Source of the DNA: a virus
Virus record (IMG/VR): IMGVR_UViG_3300048913_000137
Span: 1 to 59,654 of that record
DNA: 59,654 nt
Reading direction: 5' to 3' (one strand)
Every line of letters begins with the position of its first letter. Within the stretch, counting starts at the first letter, position 1. Position numbers and translations under genes: made by a program. The notes under the pieces were generated by a model. It was given only the letters and a program-made list of their open reading frames with translations. It ran no database searches and was not told where the DNA came from. Below are positions 44,591-52,776 of the stretch, in pieces.

Positions 44591-46117
44591 TTAGGCCGCC
44601 GCGCTCGACACAACGGCCGAGTCGTCCGCTTCCGCGTCCAGGACGCCAGCCAAGGCCGCCGCGCGCTCAATTTCCGGCCATGTGAAATTGTGACATCCGG
44701 CCACAAATCCGCCATCCGAAAAGATGCGATCAATCTGGAAATGGCCGACTCGGATAGTCTTTCCGTTGCGTTCCCATACTTTCACAATGCTATGGCTTGC
44801 CGCGTCATAGTGTTTTGTCCGCATGAGCTTGACGAAGCGGAAAGCCTTGACGGCATGAGCGAGGGGCACGCTTGCGCCGTGCGAAGTTTCCAGCATATCG
44901 CCGCGAATGCGAAGCGCCGCGCCGCCGCTTTCCGCGTCAAACGTGACTCGCACGTCCGCCCCGTCCAGCCATGCCGCGACTCGTTCCTCTTGCGCCAGCC
45001 GGTTAAGGCGCTGGCGTTCCTCATATTCGCGTTGCTCGCGTTCCCGCTCGACAAGCCGGAAAGCGTCAAGCTCGCTTTGCAGCGCGGGCAAGAGCGAGTC
45101 CAGCCGTGCCGACTCTGCCCTCATGCGGAAGCGAGCGGCGGACGGGAAGGCCGCCACATTGGACAGATAGGCCAGCGAGCTAGACGCTTTGCGAGTCGCT
45201 TCCGTGCGGGCGCTAATGCCGTGCGGTCCCGCCCCATCGGTCGCAATGCCGCTTAGAATGCGCTGGCATGACCGGACCATAGCAATCTGATAGCGGACGG
45301 GATTCCACCGCTGATAAGACTTTTCCGCGCCATGATAACCGGCCTTGCGCCGCAATGCGTCCGCACGGCGCGACTTGATCGCCGCTTGACGCTTGGCGCT
45401 AAAGCCTTCCGCCTTGGCGAGTCGCGCCGCATGATAAAGCGCCTTCGCTTCGCGATCATAGAACGACTCATATTTGCTGGAGTCCTTCCGCATATGGTCG
45501 CGCCATTCGGAGTCGCTCATGGTCGCATAGCGAACCGCCAAAGCGTGCGCCGCCTTGTCCGCCTTGCGCTTGTCCGCTTTTGCCTTCGCCGCGTCCAGTC
45601 GCTCGCGCTCGCGCTTGATCGCCGCCCATGACGCGGCGGGAAGTCCGACGCGCCGCGCCAGATATGCCCCTGCCTCTTCCGCGTCGCCTTCCGTTGCATT
45701 CCAGCGATAGGCGTTCCGGCGGCCGGTCAAGGCGCTGGCGCGTTCAAGCAAGAGCTTCCGCGCGGCGGCCTTGCGGCGCTTCGCATATTCAGGATTGCGC
45801 GAGTCCTTGCCCGCGTCGCGCCAGTCGGCGAATTCCAGGACATCGCGGAAGGCGGTTAGGTCGCTGATATAGAAATGATCGCGATGCGATACGGCGCGCG
45901 CCGCGTAGGATTGATGGCGGGACGTGCTGATAGAGTAGCTATCGGAATTCAGGAAGGCGACGCCAGCCGAGTCGATATAACCGGCCAGGAAGTGACTTCC
46001 ATAGGAATAGAGGCGCGCGCCAGTGAAATAGAAATTGCCGTTGCCGCTCTTTCCTTCGTCCTGCCGCATTTGCGCCCAAACGTGCGCCACCATGTCATTA
46101 GCGAAAACTTTTGCCAT
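44591..46117 (-). CDS. Hypothetical protein (508 aa)
   Basis: Longest ORF of the island, GGAG upstream. N-terminal FYFTGARLYSYGSHFLAGY and C-terminal GCHNFTWPEIE blocks; function not recognised. Confidence 0.6.
   Translation of the reverse strand: MAKVFANDMVAHVWAQMRQDEGKSGNGNFYFTGARLYSYGSHFLAGYIDSAGVAFLNSDSYSISTSRHQSYAARAVSHRDHFYISDLTAFRDVLEFADWRDAGKDSRNPEYAKRRKAAARKLLLERASALTGRRNAYRWNATEGDAEEAGAYLARRVGLPAASWAAIKRERERLDAAKAKADKRKADKAAHALAVRYATMSDSEWRDHMRKDSSKYESFYDREAKALYHAARLAKAEGFSAKRQAAIKSRRADALRRKAGYHGAEKSYQRWNPVRYQIAMVRSCQRILSGIATDGAGPHGISARTEATRKASSSLAYLSNVAAFPSAARFRMRAESARLDSLLPALQSELDAFRLVEREREQREYEERQRLNRLAQEERVAAWLDGADVRVTFDAESGGAALRIRGDMLETSHGASVPLAHAVKAFRFVKLMRTKHYDAASHSIVKVWERNGKTIRVGHFQIDRIFSDGGFVAGCHNFTWPEIERAAALAGVLDAEADDSAVVSSAAA
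45989..45999. repeat. Dispersed palindrome copy GAAGTGACTTC
   Basis: In CDS 44591..46117, read as GSHF. Confidence 0.85.
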
Positions 46118-46171
46118 TTGCTCGACTCCATTTGTGGAAGGCCGGACGCTTTGCGACTCGGCCCTGCCCCC

Positions 46172-46200
46172 TCTCTAGCGATAACCGCCACGCTTAGCAA
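46172..46200 (-). promoter_or_regulatory. Candidate leftward promoter TTGCTA-N17-TAGAGA
   Basis: Minus strand reads TTGCTAagcgtggcggttatcgcTAGAGA, ~55 nt upstream of the 46117 start. Overlaps a CACGCTTAGC box. Confidence 0.4.
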
Positions 46201-46283
46201 GCGTTCCCTAGATCGCCGCGCCGTCCGGCCGCCCTAGCTCGCATCCGCCCCCATAAGGACTCGCGCGCTCGCGTCATGCGCGG

Positions 46284-46314
46284 GCGCACGCACATGCGCG
46301 CACGCGCACGCGCG
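46284..46314. other. 31-nt perfectly alternating purine-pyrimidine tract (Z-DNA-prone)
   Basis: gcgcacgcacatgcgcgcacgcgcacgcgcg, in the 480-bp divergent intergenic region. Confidence 0.6.
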
Positions 46315-46536
46315 AGAAACTTTTCCACGATCTGCCGGAGCACCAACGATCCGCAATGCCGGAGCGAGATCGCCGCCGACCAGGCCAAACCGAAAGACCC
46401 CCCTACCCCCGGTTTATGGGAGCAAAAATAGACGAGCCGAAATTCCTGTGTGTCCTCCATGCGAATCAAAGAGGGCACCCCCTCCCTCGCCGATTAACCA
46501 GAATTTTCCAGCGCAAAGCCTGACGCATAGGACCTG

Positions 46537-46565
46537 TTGACAACCATCACGCTTAGCCGTAGAAG
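46537..46565 (+). promoter_or_regulatory. Candidate rightward promoter TTGACA-N17-TAGAAG
   Basis: TTGACAaccatcacgcttagccgTAGAAG, ~33 nt upstream of the ATG at 46598. The spacer contains a CACGCTTAGC box. Confidence 0.45.
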
Positions 46566-46597
46566 CGGGGCTCCAACCAATCAAACAAGAGGGCGCT

Positions 46598-46894
46598 ATG
46601 GCGACGAAATCTGAATCCGCTTTGAGCTTCCCGGCACAGGTCAAGGCCCTCGCCATCGGGGAGAGCACCAGCAAGACCAAGCGGGTGCCGGTAGGCGGCA
46701 AGGAGGCCCGCGACCTGGCCGGTGTCCTGGCCAAGCTCCGCAACGTCTGCAATCAGGCCGTGAGCAAGGTCCGCACCGAAACCGGAAGTAACTTCCGCGT
46801 CGAAAGCGGCATCTGCCTGACCGATGACAAGGCCGCACATCTTGCGACTGTGGCCGTCACCCGCTTCGAGGACGAAGACGCGGTTGACATCTGA
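46598..46894 (+). CDS. Hypothetical protein, first gene of the rightward operon (ends EDEDAVDI)
   Basis: 98-aa ORF, AGAGGG upstream. Confidence 0.55.
   Translation: MATKSESALSFPAQVKALAIGESTSKTKRVPVGGKEARDLAGVLAKLRNVCNQAVSKVRTETGSNFRVESGICLTDDKAAHLATVAVTRFEDEDAVDI
46785..46795. repeat. Dispersed palindrome copy GAAGTAACTTC
   Basis: In CDS 46598..46894 (+), read as GSNF. Confidence 0.9.
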
Positions 46895-46921
46895 CGAGCT
46901 TACCCCGGAGGACCATCCGAC

Positions 46922-47209
46922 ATGAATGTGCATGAAGCCCTCGCCGCTAAGCGCGCCGAGCGTGAACAGGAAAAGCCCGAGCCCAAGTGGGGCCGCGAAC
47001 GCCGTGCGCGGATCACCGTCGCAATGGTGGACCCGAACAAGCGGCACCAGCGCCACGAAGTCATCACCTTCACCCGCAAGGTCATGCGTGCCGTCGATCT
47101 CCGGCACTTCTTCAATCACATTGCCACCGAGCACGACATAATTCATGTCGAAAAGCTCCTTGGACTTTCGCCCTACCACCCTATTTCCCAGGAGGACCCG
47201 CGTGCCTGA
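46922..47209 (+). CDS. Hypothetical protein
   Basis: 95-aa ORF in operon phase. Confidence 0.5.
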   Translation: MNVHEALAAKRAEREQEKPEPKWGRERRARITVAMVDPNKRHQRHEVITFTRKVMRAVDLRHFFNHIATEHDIIHVEKLLGLSPYHPISQEDPRA

Positions 47210-48536
47210 CGAATCCTTGATTGCCGCCGCCGAGCCGGATCGCTTCACTCACGAGTCGCCGATCCGCGCCTTCACCGAATTCCGCGTCGCTGGCACATGG
47301 GCCATCGGCAAGGGCTTCCGGCCGTCGCTCGCCCATCTGCACACCTATCTGGATGCGATGCAGCAGAAGGAAGGCTGGCACATGGTCCAGATAATCGACG
47401 GGATCACGCTTGACCCGACGCTGATCTTCCAGCGCGACCGCATCATGTCGATGACGATCCCCGAGCGCAGCTACACGGTCGAAGGGCCGAAGAAGCCGCT
47501 GACGATGGAAGAGATCGACGAGCACTTCCGGTCCATCGGCTTCGCCCTGATCGCTACGCCGGAGGGACATCTGCGCTATGAGCCCGAGCGGAAGGTCAGC
47601 AAGCATCCTGCCCTGGGTGCGCCCTACACCCCGAGCGAGGACAAGACGCCGGGCTGGATGCGGCATGGCAGCGACGAAGAGATTCCCGAAGAGCACCGCC
47701 TGAAGGCCGCCGAGATGGTCATCACGCGGGCGCTCAACTCGAAGGACTCCGGCCACGCTATCGAGCCGACGCTTCGCGAATTCAAGAAGCGGTTCATGAG
47801 CAAGAAGACCCGCCAGGTGACGCACAAGACGCTCGCCAGCCAGTTGCACTTCCTCATGAGCGGCATCCCCATCGTGCGGATCAAGCAGTTGATCGACGGC
47901 TTCCGCGAAGAGCACCGCCTTGGCTTCCGCGAGCCCTATAAGGACTTCGCCAAGTCGGTGATGGACTCGCCGGAGATGCAGCCGATCATCACCAACGCCG
48001 CCTTGTCCGTCTTCATCGACGATGTGGACCCGGCCAGTCGCGACCTGGATGGTTTCGGCGAACCGGCGATGCCGGATACCCGCGTCCCCAATGTTGGCGA
48101 CGATCCGATCAACCCCGCCTACTATGACGGCACCGCCTGCGCCGAGATCATCGAACACATGCCCACCAACGTCGGCATCGCGGCCAAGTATGGCTGGCGG
48201 CTCGGCGAGAAGGACGCGGAAGTGCAGGAGTGCGGCAAGGCGGCCTGGTATCTGAAGCGTGAGCTTGCGCTGTATGACGACACCGTGGCCATCGGCCCCG
48301 GCCGCGCCCGGTTTGGCTTCGCGACGCCGAGCGACGCACAATGGTATCGCGGCTATGCGGATCGCCGGATCGACGCGGCACGCAAGGCGGGCAAGCTGTC
48401 CGACGAGCGGGCGCTGTTCCTGACACACCTGGTCAGCTACACGATCACCGGCCACGTCTCCCTGCTGCACCAGGCCATTGGCTTCCTCGAAAGCCCTGGC
48501 TGCTTCACCGAATATGGAAGGGGTCTTGAACCATGA
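47202..48536 (+). CDS. Hypothetical protein with C-terminal DUF3310-like domain
   Basis: GTG start with GGAGGA 5 nt upstream. DDPINPAYYDG..CAEIIEHM...AAKYGWRLGEKD...ECGKAAWYLKRE resembles DUF3310. Confidence 0.55.
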   Translation: MPDESLIAAAEPDRFTHESPIRAFTEFRVAGTWAIGKGFRPSLAHLHTYLDAMQQKEGWHMVQIIDGITLDPTLIFQRDRIMSMTIPERSYTVEGPKKPLTMEEIDEHFRSIGFALIATPEGHLRYEPERKVSKHPALGAPYTPSEDKTPGWMRHGSDEEIPEEHRLKAAEMVITRALNSKDSGHAIEPTLREFKKRFMSKKTRQVTHKTLASQLHFLMSGIPIVRIKQLIDGFREEHRLGFREPYKDFAKSVMDSPEMQPIITNAALSVFIDDVDPASRDLDGFGEPAMPDTRVPNVGDDPINPAYYDGTACAEIIEHMPTNVGIAAKYGWRLGEKDAEVQECGKAAWYLKRELALYDDTVAIGPGRARFGFATPSDAQWYRGYADRRIDAARKAGKLSDERALFLTHLVSYTITGHVSLLHQAIGFLESPGCFTEYGRGLEP

Positions 48537-48790
48537 GCGGCACTGTCATCAACTGGACGCGCGAGAAGGCGCAGTCGCTTCAGGAAGCCTATAACGATGC
48601 GGTCGCGCGCCGGGATACGGAATTCACCTGGACCGAGATGAATGGCAACGGCTTCATGGCCCGCAAGATCGCGGATCACCCCATGCACACCGCCTACGCC
48701 AAGCATCTGCTCGACTACCTGGCCGAGCAATTCCTGAAGACGCCGGACCAGCCGAAGCGTCCCTACAACGAAGGGGAGGAAGGCCAGTGA
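48533..48790 (+). CDS. Hypothetical protein
   Basis: 85 aa, ATGA-coupled. Confidence 0.5.
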   Translation: MSGTVINWTREKAQSLQEAYNDAVARRDTEFTWTEMNGNGFMARKIADHPMHTAYAKHLLDYLAEQFLKTPDQPKRPYNEGEEGQ

Positions 48791-49086
48791 GCAAGCAGTA
48801 TGCCGGGGTCTGCATCGGTGGGCCGATGGCAGGACAAGCCGCCGTCGCCAGCACGCCGACGCTGAAGGCCGAAGTCCGCCCGCCGCTGAAGACGATGCTA
48901 GAGGAATCGCTGCGCGAGCCCGAGTCGTCGATGGACGTGATCGAGCACACCACGGTAATCTACAACTGGCTCCACACTGGCGGCCTGGGTCTGTGGATCG
49001 TCTCGGGCATGAACATGAACGACGCGATCACGGCAATGGTAAAAGCCTATGTCGAGCAACAGACTGCGAAGAGGATCAAGCGATGA
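48787..49086 (+). CDS. Hypothetical protein
   Basis: GTG start with GGAGGAAGG upstream; 99 aa. Confidence 0.5.
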   Translation: MSKQYAGVCIGGPMAGQAAVASTPTLKAEVRPPLKTMLEESLREPESSMDVIEHTTVIYNWLHTGGLGLWIVSGMNMNDAITAMVKAYVEQQTAKRIKR

Positions 49087-49466
49087 TGTTCTACACCGGA
49101 TGGGGCTTGACCGAACAAGCCAAGGAGATGGTGCTGGATCGCCTGCCCGCGACCTACCCCGTCCTCCGCTGCGATCACGTCACGCAAGACCTGTGCCGCG
49201 TCGAACAGGAGCCGCCGCTGCCTGCCAGCATTCGGGCCTATGGCGTGCTCGATTGGGAGGGGTATCAAATCCTCGCCGTGACCGTGGACGGGGCGCTCTA
49301 CCAGCCGCGCAAGGAGCGGATGTATCACGTCACGATCTCGCGGGAGGAAGGTCTGCCGTCCAGCCATGCGGGCCTGGTGTTGAAGGAGCGCCAGTGCATC
49401 ATCCGGCCGATCACCAGCTTCATGCTGCCCACGGTTCCTTTCATCCGAGCGTTCGGTGGGGTGTAA
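49083..49466 (+). CDS. Hypothetical protein with two H-V-T motifs (possible small 2H-phosphoesterase fold)
   Basis: Start MMFYTG is ATGA-coupled. CDHVTQDL and YHVTISRE lie ~60 aa apart. Confidence 0.35.
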   Translation: MMFYTGWGLTEQAKEMVLDRLPATYPVLRCDHVTQDLCRVEQEPPLPASIRAYGVLDWEGYQILAVTVDGALYQPRKERMYHVTISREEGLPSSHAGLVLKERQCIIRPITSFMLPTVPFIRAFGGV

Positions 49467-49585
49467 GCCGCCTAACCGGCGGGCGATAGATCGCTTGTCG
49501 GCATCGAAAGCCTACCCGATCCGCTGTCCTGGGTGCGGATGCCATTTTGCCACCCAGGCACGGCTCGCGGACCACAGGAGGGCGT

Positions 49586-49816
49586 ATGAAGACAAAGGAA
49601 GCGCGGAGCCTGGCTAAAGGCATCATCGTCGATCTCGACGGTGCGATAGCTGGCGATCCGCGCGACGAGGAAGCCCGGCACAGCGCCGCCGCTTCCGCCG
49701 CTATCTTGGGAGCCCGGCTCCTTGGCGGCATGGCGGTCAACCTGGCGAGGATCGCATATGCCTTGGAACGAATCGCCGACAACACCGAACCGGAGGACCC
49801 CGAAGATGAGCCTTGA
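49586..49816 (+). CDS. Hypothetical protein
   Basis: Start MKTKEARS with GGAGG 5 nt upstream. Confidence 0.45.
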   Translation: MKTKEARSLAKGIIVDLDGAIAGDPRDEEARHSAAASAAILGARLLGGMAVNLARIAYALERIADNTEPEDPEDEP

Positions 49817-50507
49817 CCTACACACCGCGACGCTGAAGCACATGACGCCGGACGCGGACAAGCTGATCGCCGAGATCGCGCGCGTCAGCAACCCGGCCAA
49901 TGAGAAGAACGAAGAGACGGCACCGCGCCTGATTCGCTATCTCATAGCCAACAACCATTGGTCGCCGTTCCAGATGGCTTCCATGTGCATCGACATCGAC
50001 ACCACCCGGCCAATCGGTCGCCAGATACTCCGGCATCTGTCCGCCATCGGCTATCAGGAATTCTCCGGCCGCTATGCCGTCTATGGGGCGCTGCACGATC
50101 AGCTTGAATGCCGGTTCCAGCACCCGAAGAATCGTCAGCTATCGCGCCTGCCCGAGACGCCGGAAGAGCACGCCATCGCCCGCGAATGGAACATCTACAT
50201 CCGCGAGAAGGCGCAGCGCGACGACGCCGACTATCGCTACTGGCTCGACAAGGGCGTGGCCAAGGAACAGGTGCGCGGCATTCTGCCCGAAGGTCTGGTG
50301 CCGACGCGGATGTATCTGCACTTCAGCATTCGCACCTGGATTCACTATATCGAAGAACGCACCAAGCAGGGCGTGCAGCGGGAACACCGCTGGCTCGGCT
50401 ATCAGTGCCGTAATATCTTCGTGCAGAACCTACCCGAAACCGCTAAGGCGGTGGGCTTCGCGGGGATCGCAACGCCGTCCTGGCTCGACGAGGAAATCGA
50501 CGGATGA
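49806..50507 (+). CDS. thyX: ThyX-like flavin-dependent thymidylate synthase (divergent signature)
   Basis: RQILRHLSAIGYQEFSGRY compares with the canonical RHR..S....S.RY, and FSIRTWIHYIEER...QREHRW is the ThyX C-terminal block. The second Arg of RHR is Leu. Confidence 0.6.
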   Translation: MSLDLHTATLKHMTPDADKLIAEIARVSNPANEKNEETAPRLIRYLIANNHWSPFQMASMCIDIDTTRPIGRQILRHLSAIGYQEFSGRYAVYGALHDQLECRFQHPKNRQLSRLPETPEEHAIAREWNIYIREKAQRDDADYRYWLDKGVAKEQVRGILPEGLVPTRMYLHFSIRTWIHYIEERTKQGVQREHRWLGYQCRNIFVQNLPETAKAVGFAGIATPSWLDEEIDG

Positions 50508-50722
50508 GAATCTTCGACAACCCTAACCATCCGCAATATGGCCCGGTGCGCCGTATGTGGATTATCCTGGTGCAACTCGACTTGCTCGGGAGTGCCGAAA
50601 ATTATCGCAACTTGGGCGGCAACGTGACATGGGATGAAGCCATCGCACATCGCGTCGCTCGCGGCATGGCCGAATCCACGGCGCAGCGCCAAGTGCTGAC
50701 GATCATCATGGGAGACTGTTGA
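50504..50722 (+). CDS. Hypothetical protein
   Basis: 72 aa, ATGA-coupled. Confidence 0.45.
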   Translation: MRIFDNPNHPQYGPVRRMWIILVQLDLLGSAENYRNLGGNVTWDEAIAHRVARGMAESTAQRQVLTIIMGDC

Positions 50723-50723
50723 G

Positions 50724-51482
50724 ATGACCAGCGTTCCTCGCCTCGCAATGAAGCGCAACGACACCCGCACCTACAGCAAGTGGGAGTGGTTCCGCGCCTA
50801 CTTCGTGCTGTTCAATCTGCTGCCGCTCATGCTGCTGTTCTGGCTGCTCGACGGCCGGACCCTGCCGCCCCGGATCGTCGCGAAGTTACTTCGCGAGCAT
50901 GAGTATTATCGGGCGACGCACACAATGGACTTCCGCATCCCGCCGAACACCGATGTCCCGGCCTACATGCACCGCTGGTGGAGGATCGCCCGCAATTGGG
51001 CCTTCAACATCTACTACCATGTGGTGCTGCGAAGCGACGATGACCGGGCGCTGCATGACCATCCTTGGTTCTCCTTCAGCATCGTGCTCGACGGCGGCTA
51101 CTTCGAGCACACAATCCAGGCAGGCGGCATTCACCGCAAGGTCTGGAAGGGACCCGGCAGCATGACCTTCCGGTGGACCGGCAGCAAGGCGCACCGGCTC
51201 GAATTGAAGCGGATGCCACTCATGGAAGCACCACTTCATGCGCTCATGAACCGCCAGGTCGAGATCAGCGCGGCCACCGACCAGAAGGTCGAAGTCCCCG
51301 CCACCACGATCTTCATCACAGGGCCGGTGCTCCGGCGCTGGGGCTTCCATCACGAGTCGGGATGGGTGGACGCCTATGATTGGGATACCTTCTGCGAGGC
51401 GAACGGTATCCACCAGAACATGAAAATGGACGGCGGTTCCGACGCTGCCGTCTCGCCTCGCAACCTTCACAACGCAAATTGA
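50724..51482 (+). CDS. Hypothetical membrane-anchored protein with an HDHPW-containing cupin-like block
   Basis: N-terminal TM helix, LHDHPWFSFSIVLDGGYFEH. Confidence 0.45.
   Translation: MTSVPRLAMKRNDTRTYSKWEWFRAYFVLFNLLPLMLLFWLLDGRTLPPRIVAKLLREHEYYRATHTMDFRIPPNTDVPAYMHRWWRIARNWAFNIYYHVVLRSDDDRALHDHPWFSFSIVLDGGYFEHTIQAGGIHRKVWKGPGSMTFRWTGSKAHRLELKRMPLMEAPLHALMNRQVEISAATDQKVEVPATTIFITGPVLRRWGFHHESGWVDAYDWDTFCEANGIHQNMKMDGGSDAAVSPRNLHNAN
50882..50892. repeat. Dispersed palindrome copy GAAGTTACTTC
   Basis: In CDS 50724..51482 (+), read as KLL. Confidence 0.9.
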
Positions 51483-51492
51483 GGACCGACCA

Positions 51493-52701
51493 ATGGGCAA
51501 GCTCCAAGATGACATCCAGGAATTGATCTCCGCCAGCTACGGCCGGGGGATTGACGGCAAGAAGATCGCCAAGCGGCTGATCGAAGCCGGGCTGACGATG
51601 ATGGACGAAGAAGGCGATCTCTCGCCGGAAAGTCGCGTCGTTCCGATCTTCGACAAATATCAAGACTTCGACACCTTCCACATTGCCAAGCGCGTCGAGC
51701 TTACTGCGCCGTTCGCCACATCCGAGATGGCGGAAGTGATCGAGATCGCCGGGCAGCAATTCCTTTTCTATGCGTTCCAGCACAATGAGAAGGGCACCCC
51801 GGCGTCGGCGCTGAAGGCCGAAGTCAATGTCCGCCTCGCCGATATGTGCTTCAACGCCATCGGCGCGACGACACAGCGGCGGCCGGTCCAATTGGCGGCC
51901 GGTGTGCCCGTTTCGGCCCATTTCCCGCACGCGGCTGGCATCTCGGGGGGTGGTATCCCTGCCGATGTGCTCGAAAACGCCGCCAGGGAGCCCCAGGAGA
52001 GCGTTTCCAAGGCTCGAAGCTCCGATGGCACCCCGGCGCTGTCCGTAGCGCCCTCACGCTCGGAAATCGTCGCCTGGGTGATGTCCAAGGCCGACAAGGC
52101 GAAGAAGGAGGGCGACGAGCACGTCTTCTTCGTGCTTCAGGCCATCGCCGGGGAGCTTGAACAGCATCTCGAAGAGCGCCAGGTCAACGTCGCGTATGCC
52201 CTCCGCGAATTCTATGCGGATTGCCATGCGCGCAACGTCAAGGCGGGCTGGTGGACCGACCTGGCAACCGGGATCGCGAAGAAGCGGAGCGTCGGCGAAT
52301 TGTTCATGCTCTTCGTCACCGAGATCGAAGAAGCCTACCGCGCCTACGTCGAAGGATCGCAGGACGACAAGCTCCCGCAATATCCCGGCCTGGGTGTCGA
52401 GCTTGGCGATCTTCAGATTCGCCTCGCCGACTTCGCGGGCGCGATGCTCGCCGGTTCGCTGGTGTCTCACGATCCCGATGTCAGCAACCCCGGCGATCAG
52501 ATGTTCCAGGAAGTTTGCGAGATCGCCCGCCGCTATGAGGCGATTCGCAAGACCGACGCCGCCGTGGGCGATCCCGAGACTGGCGACTTCATCCCGGCCA
52601 CCGATGTCGGCGAGATGGTTGTCGCGAAGCTCGAATTCAACGCGAACCGGGCGGATCACAAGATCGAGAACCGGATGAAGGAAGACGGGAAGCGCACTTG
52701 A
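51493..52701 (+). CDS. Protein with C-terminal MazG-like nucleotide pyrophosphohydrolase domain
   Basis: LFVTEIEEAYRA...GVELGDLQIRLADF fits the MazG EExxE...ExxD pattern. GAGGA upstream. Confidence 0.55.
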   Translation: MGKLQDDIQELISASYGRGIDGKKIAKRLIEAGLTMMDEEGDLSPESRVVPIFDKYQDFDTFHIAKRVELTAPFATSEMAEVIEIAGQQFLFYAFQHNEKGTPASALKAEVNVRLADMCFNAIGATTQRRPVQLAAGVPVSAHFPHAAGISGGGIPADVLENAAREPQESVSKARSSDGTPALSVAPSRSEIVAWVMSKADKAKKEGDEHVFFVLQAIAGELEQHLEERQVNVAYALREFYADCHARNVKAGWWTDLATGIAKKRSVGELFMLFVTEIEEAYRAYVEGSQDDKLPQYPGLGVELGDLQIRLADFAGAMLAGSLVSHDPDVSNPGDQMFQEVCEIARRYEAIRKTDAAVGDPETGDFIPATDVGEMVVAKLEFNANRADHKIENRMKEDGKRT

Positions 52702-52729
52702 CACCCCGCTAACCGTCGTGCATAGGGAA

Positions 52730-52763
52730 GGCATCGGAAGTTACTTCCGGTGCCTTTTCTTTT
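52730..52763 (+). terminator. Intrinsic terminator whose stem is an extended palindrome copy
   Basis: GGCATCGGAAG-tta-CTTCCGGTGCC (11 bp including one G-U) followed by TTTTCTTTT. Confidence 0.7.
52737..52747. repeat. Dispersed palindrome copy GAAGTTACTTC
   Basis: Intergenic, core of the terminator at 52730..52763. Confidence 0.9.
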
Positions 52764-52776
52764 GGAGGACCGTCCA

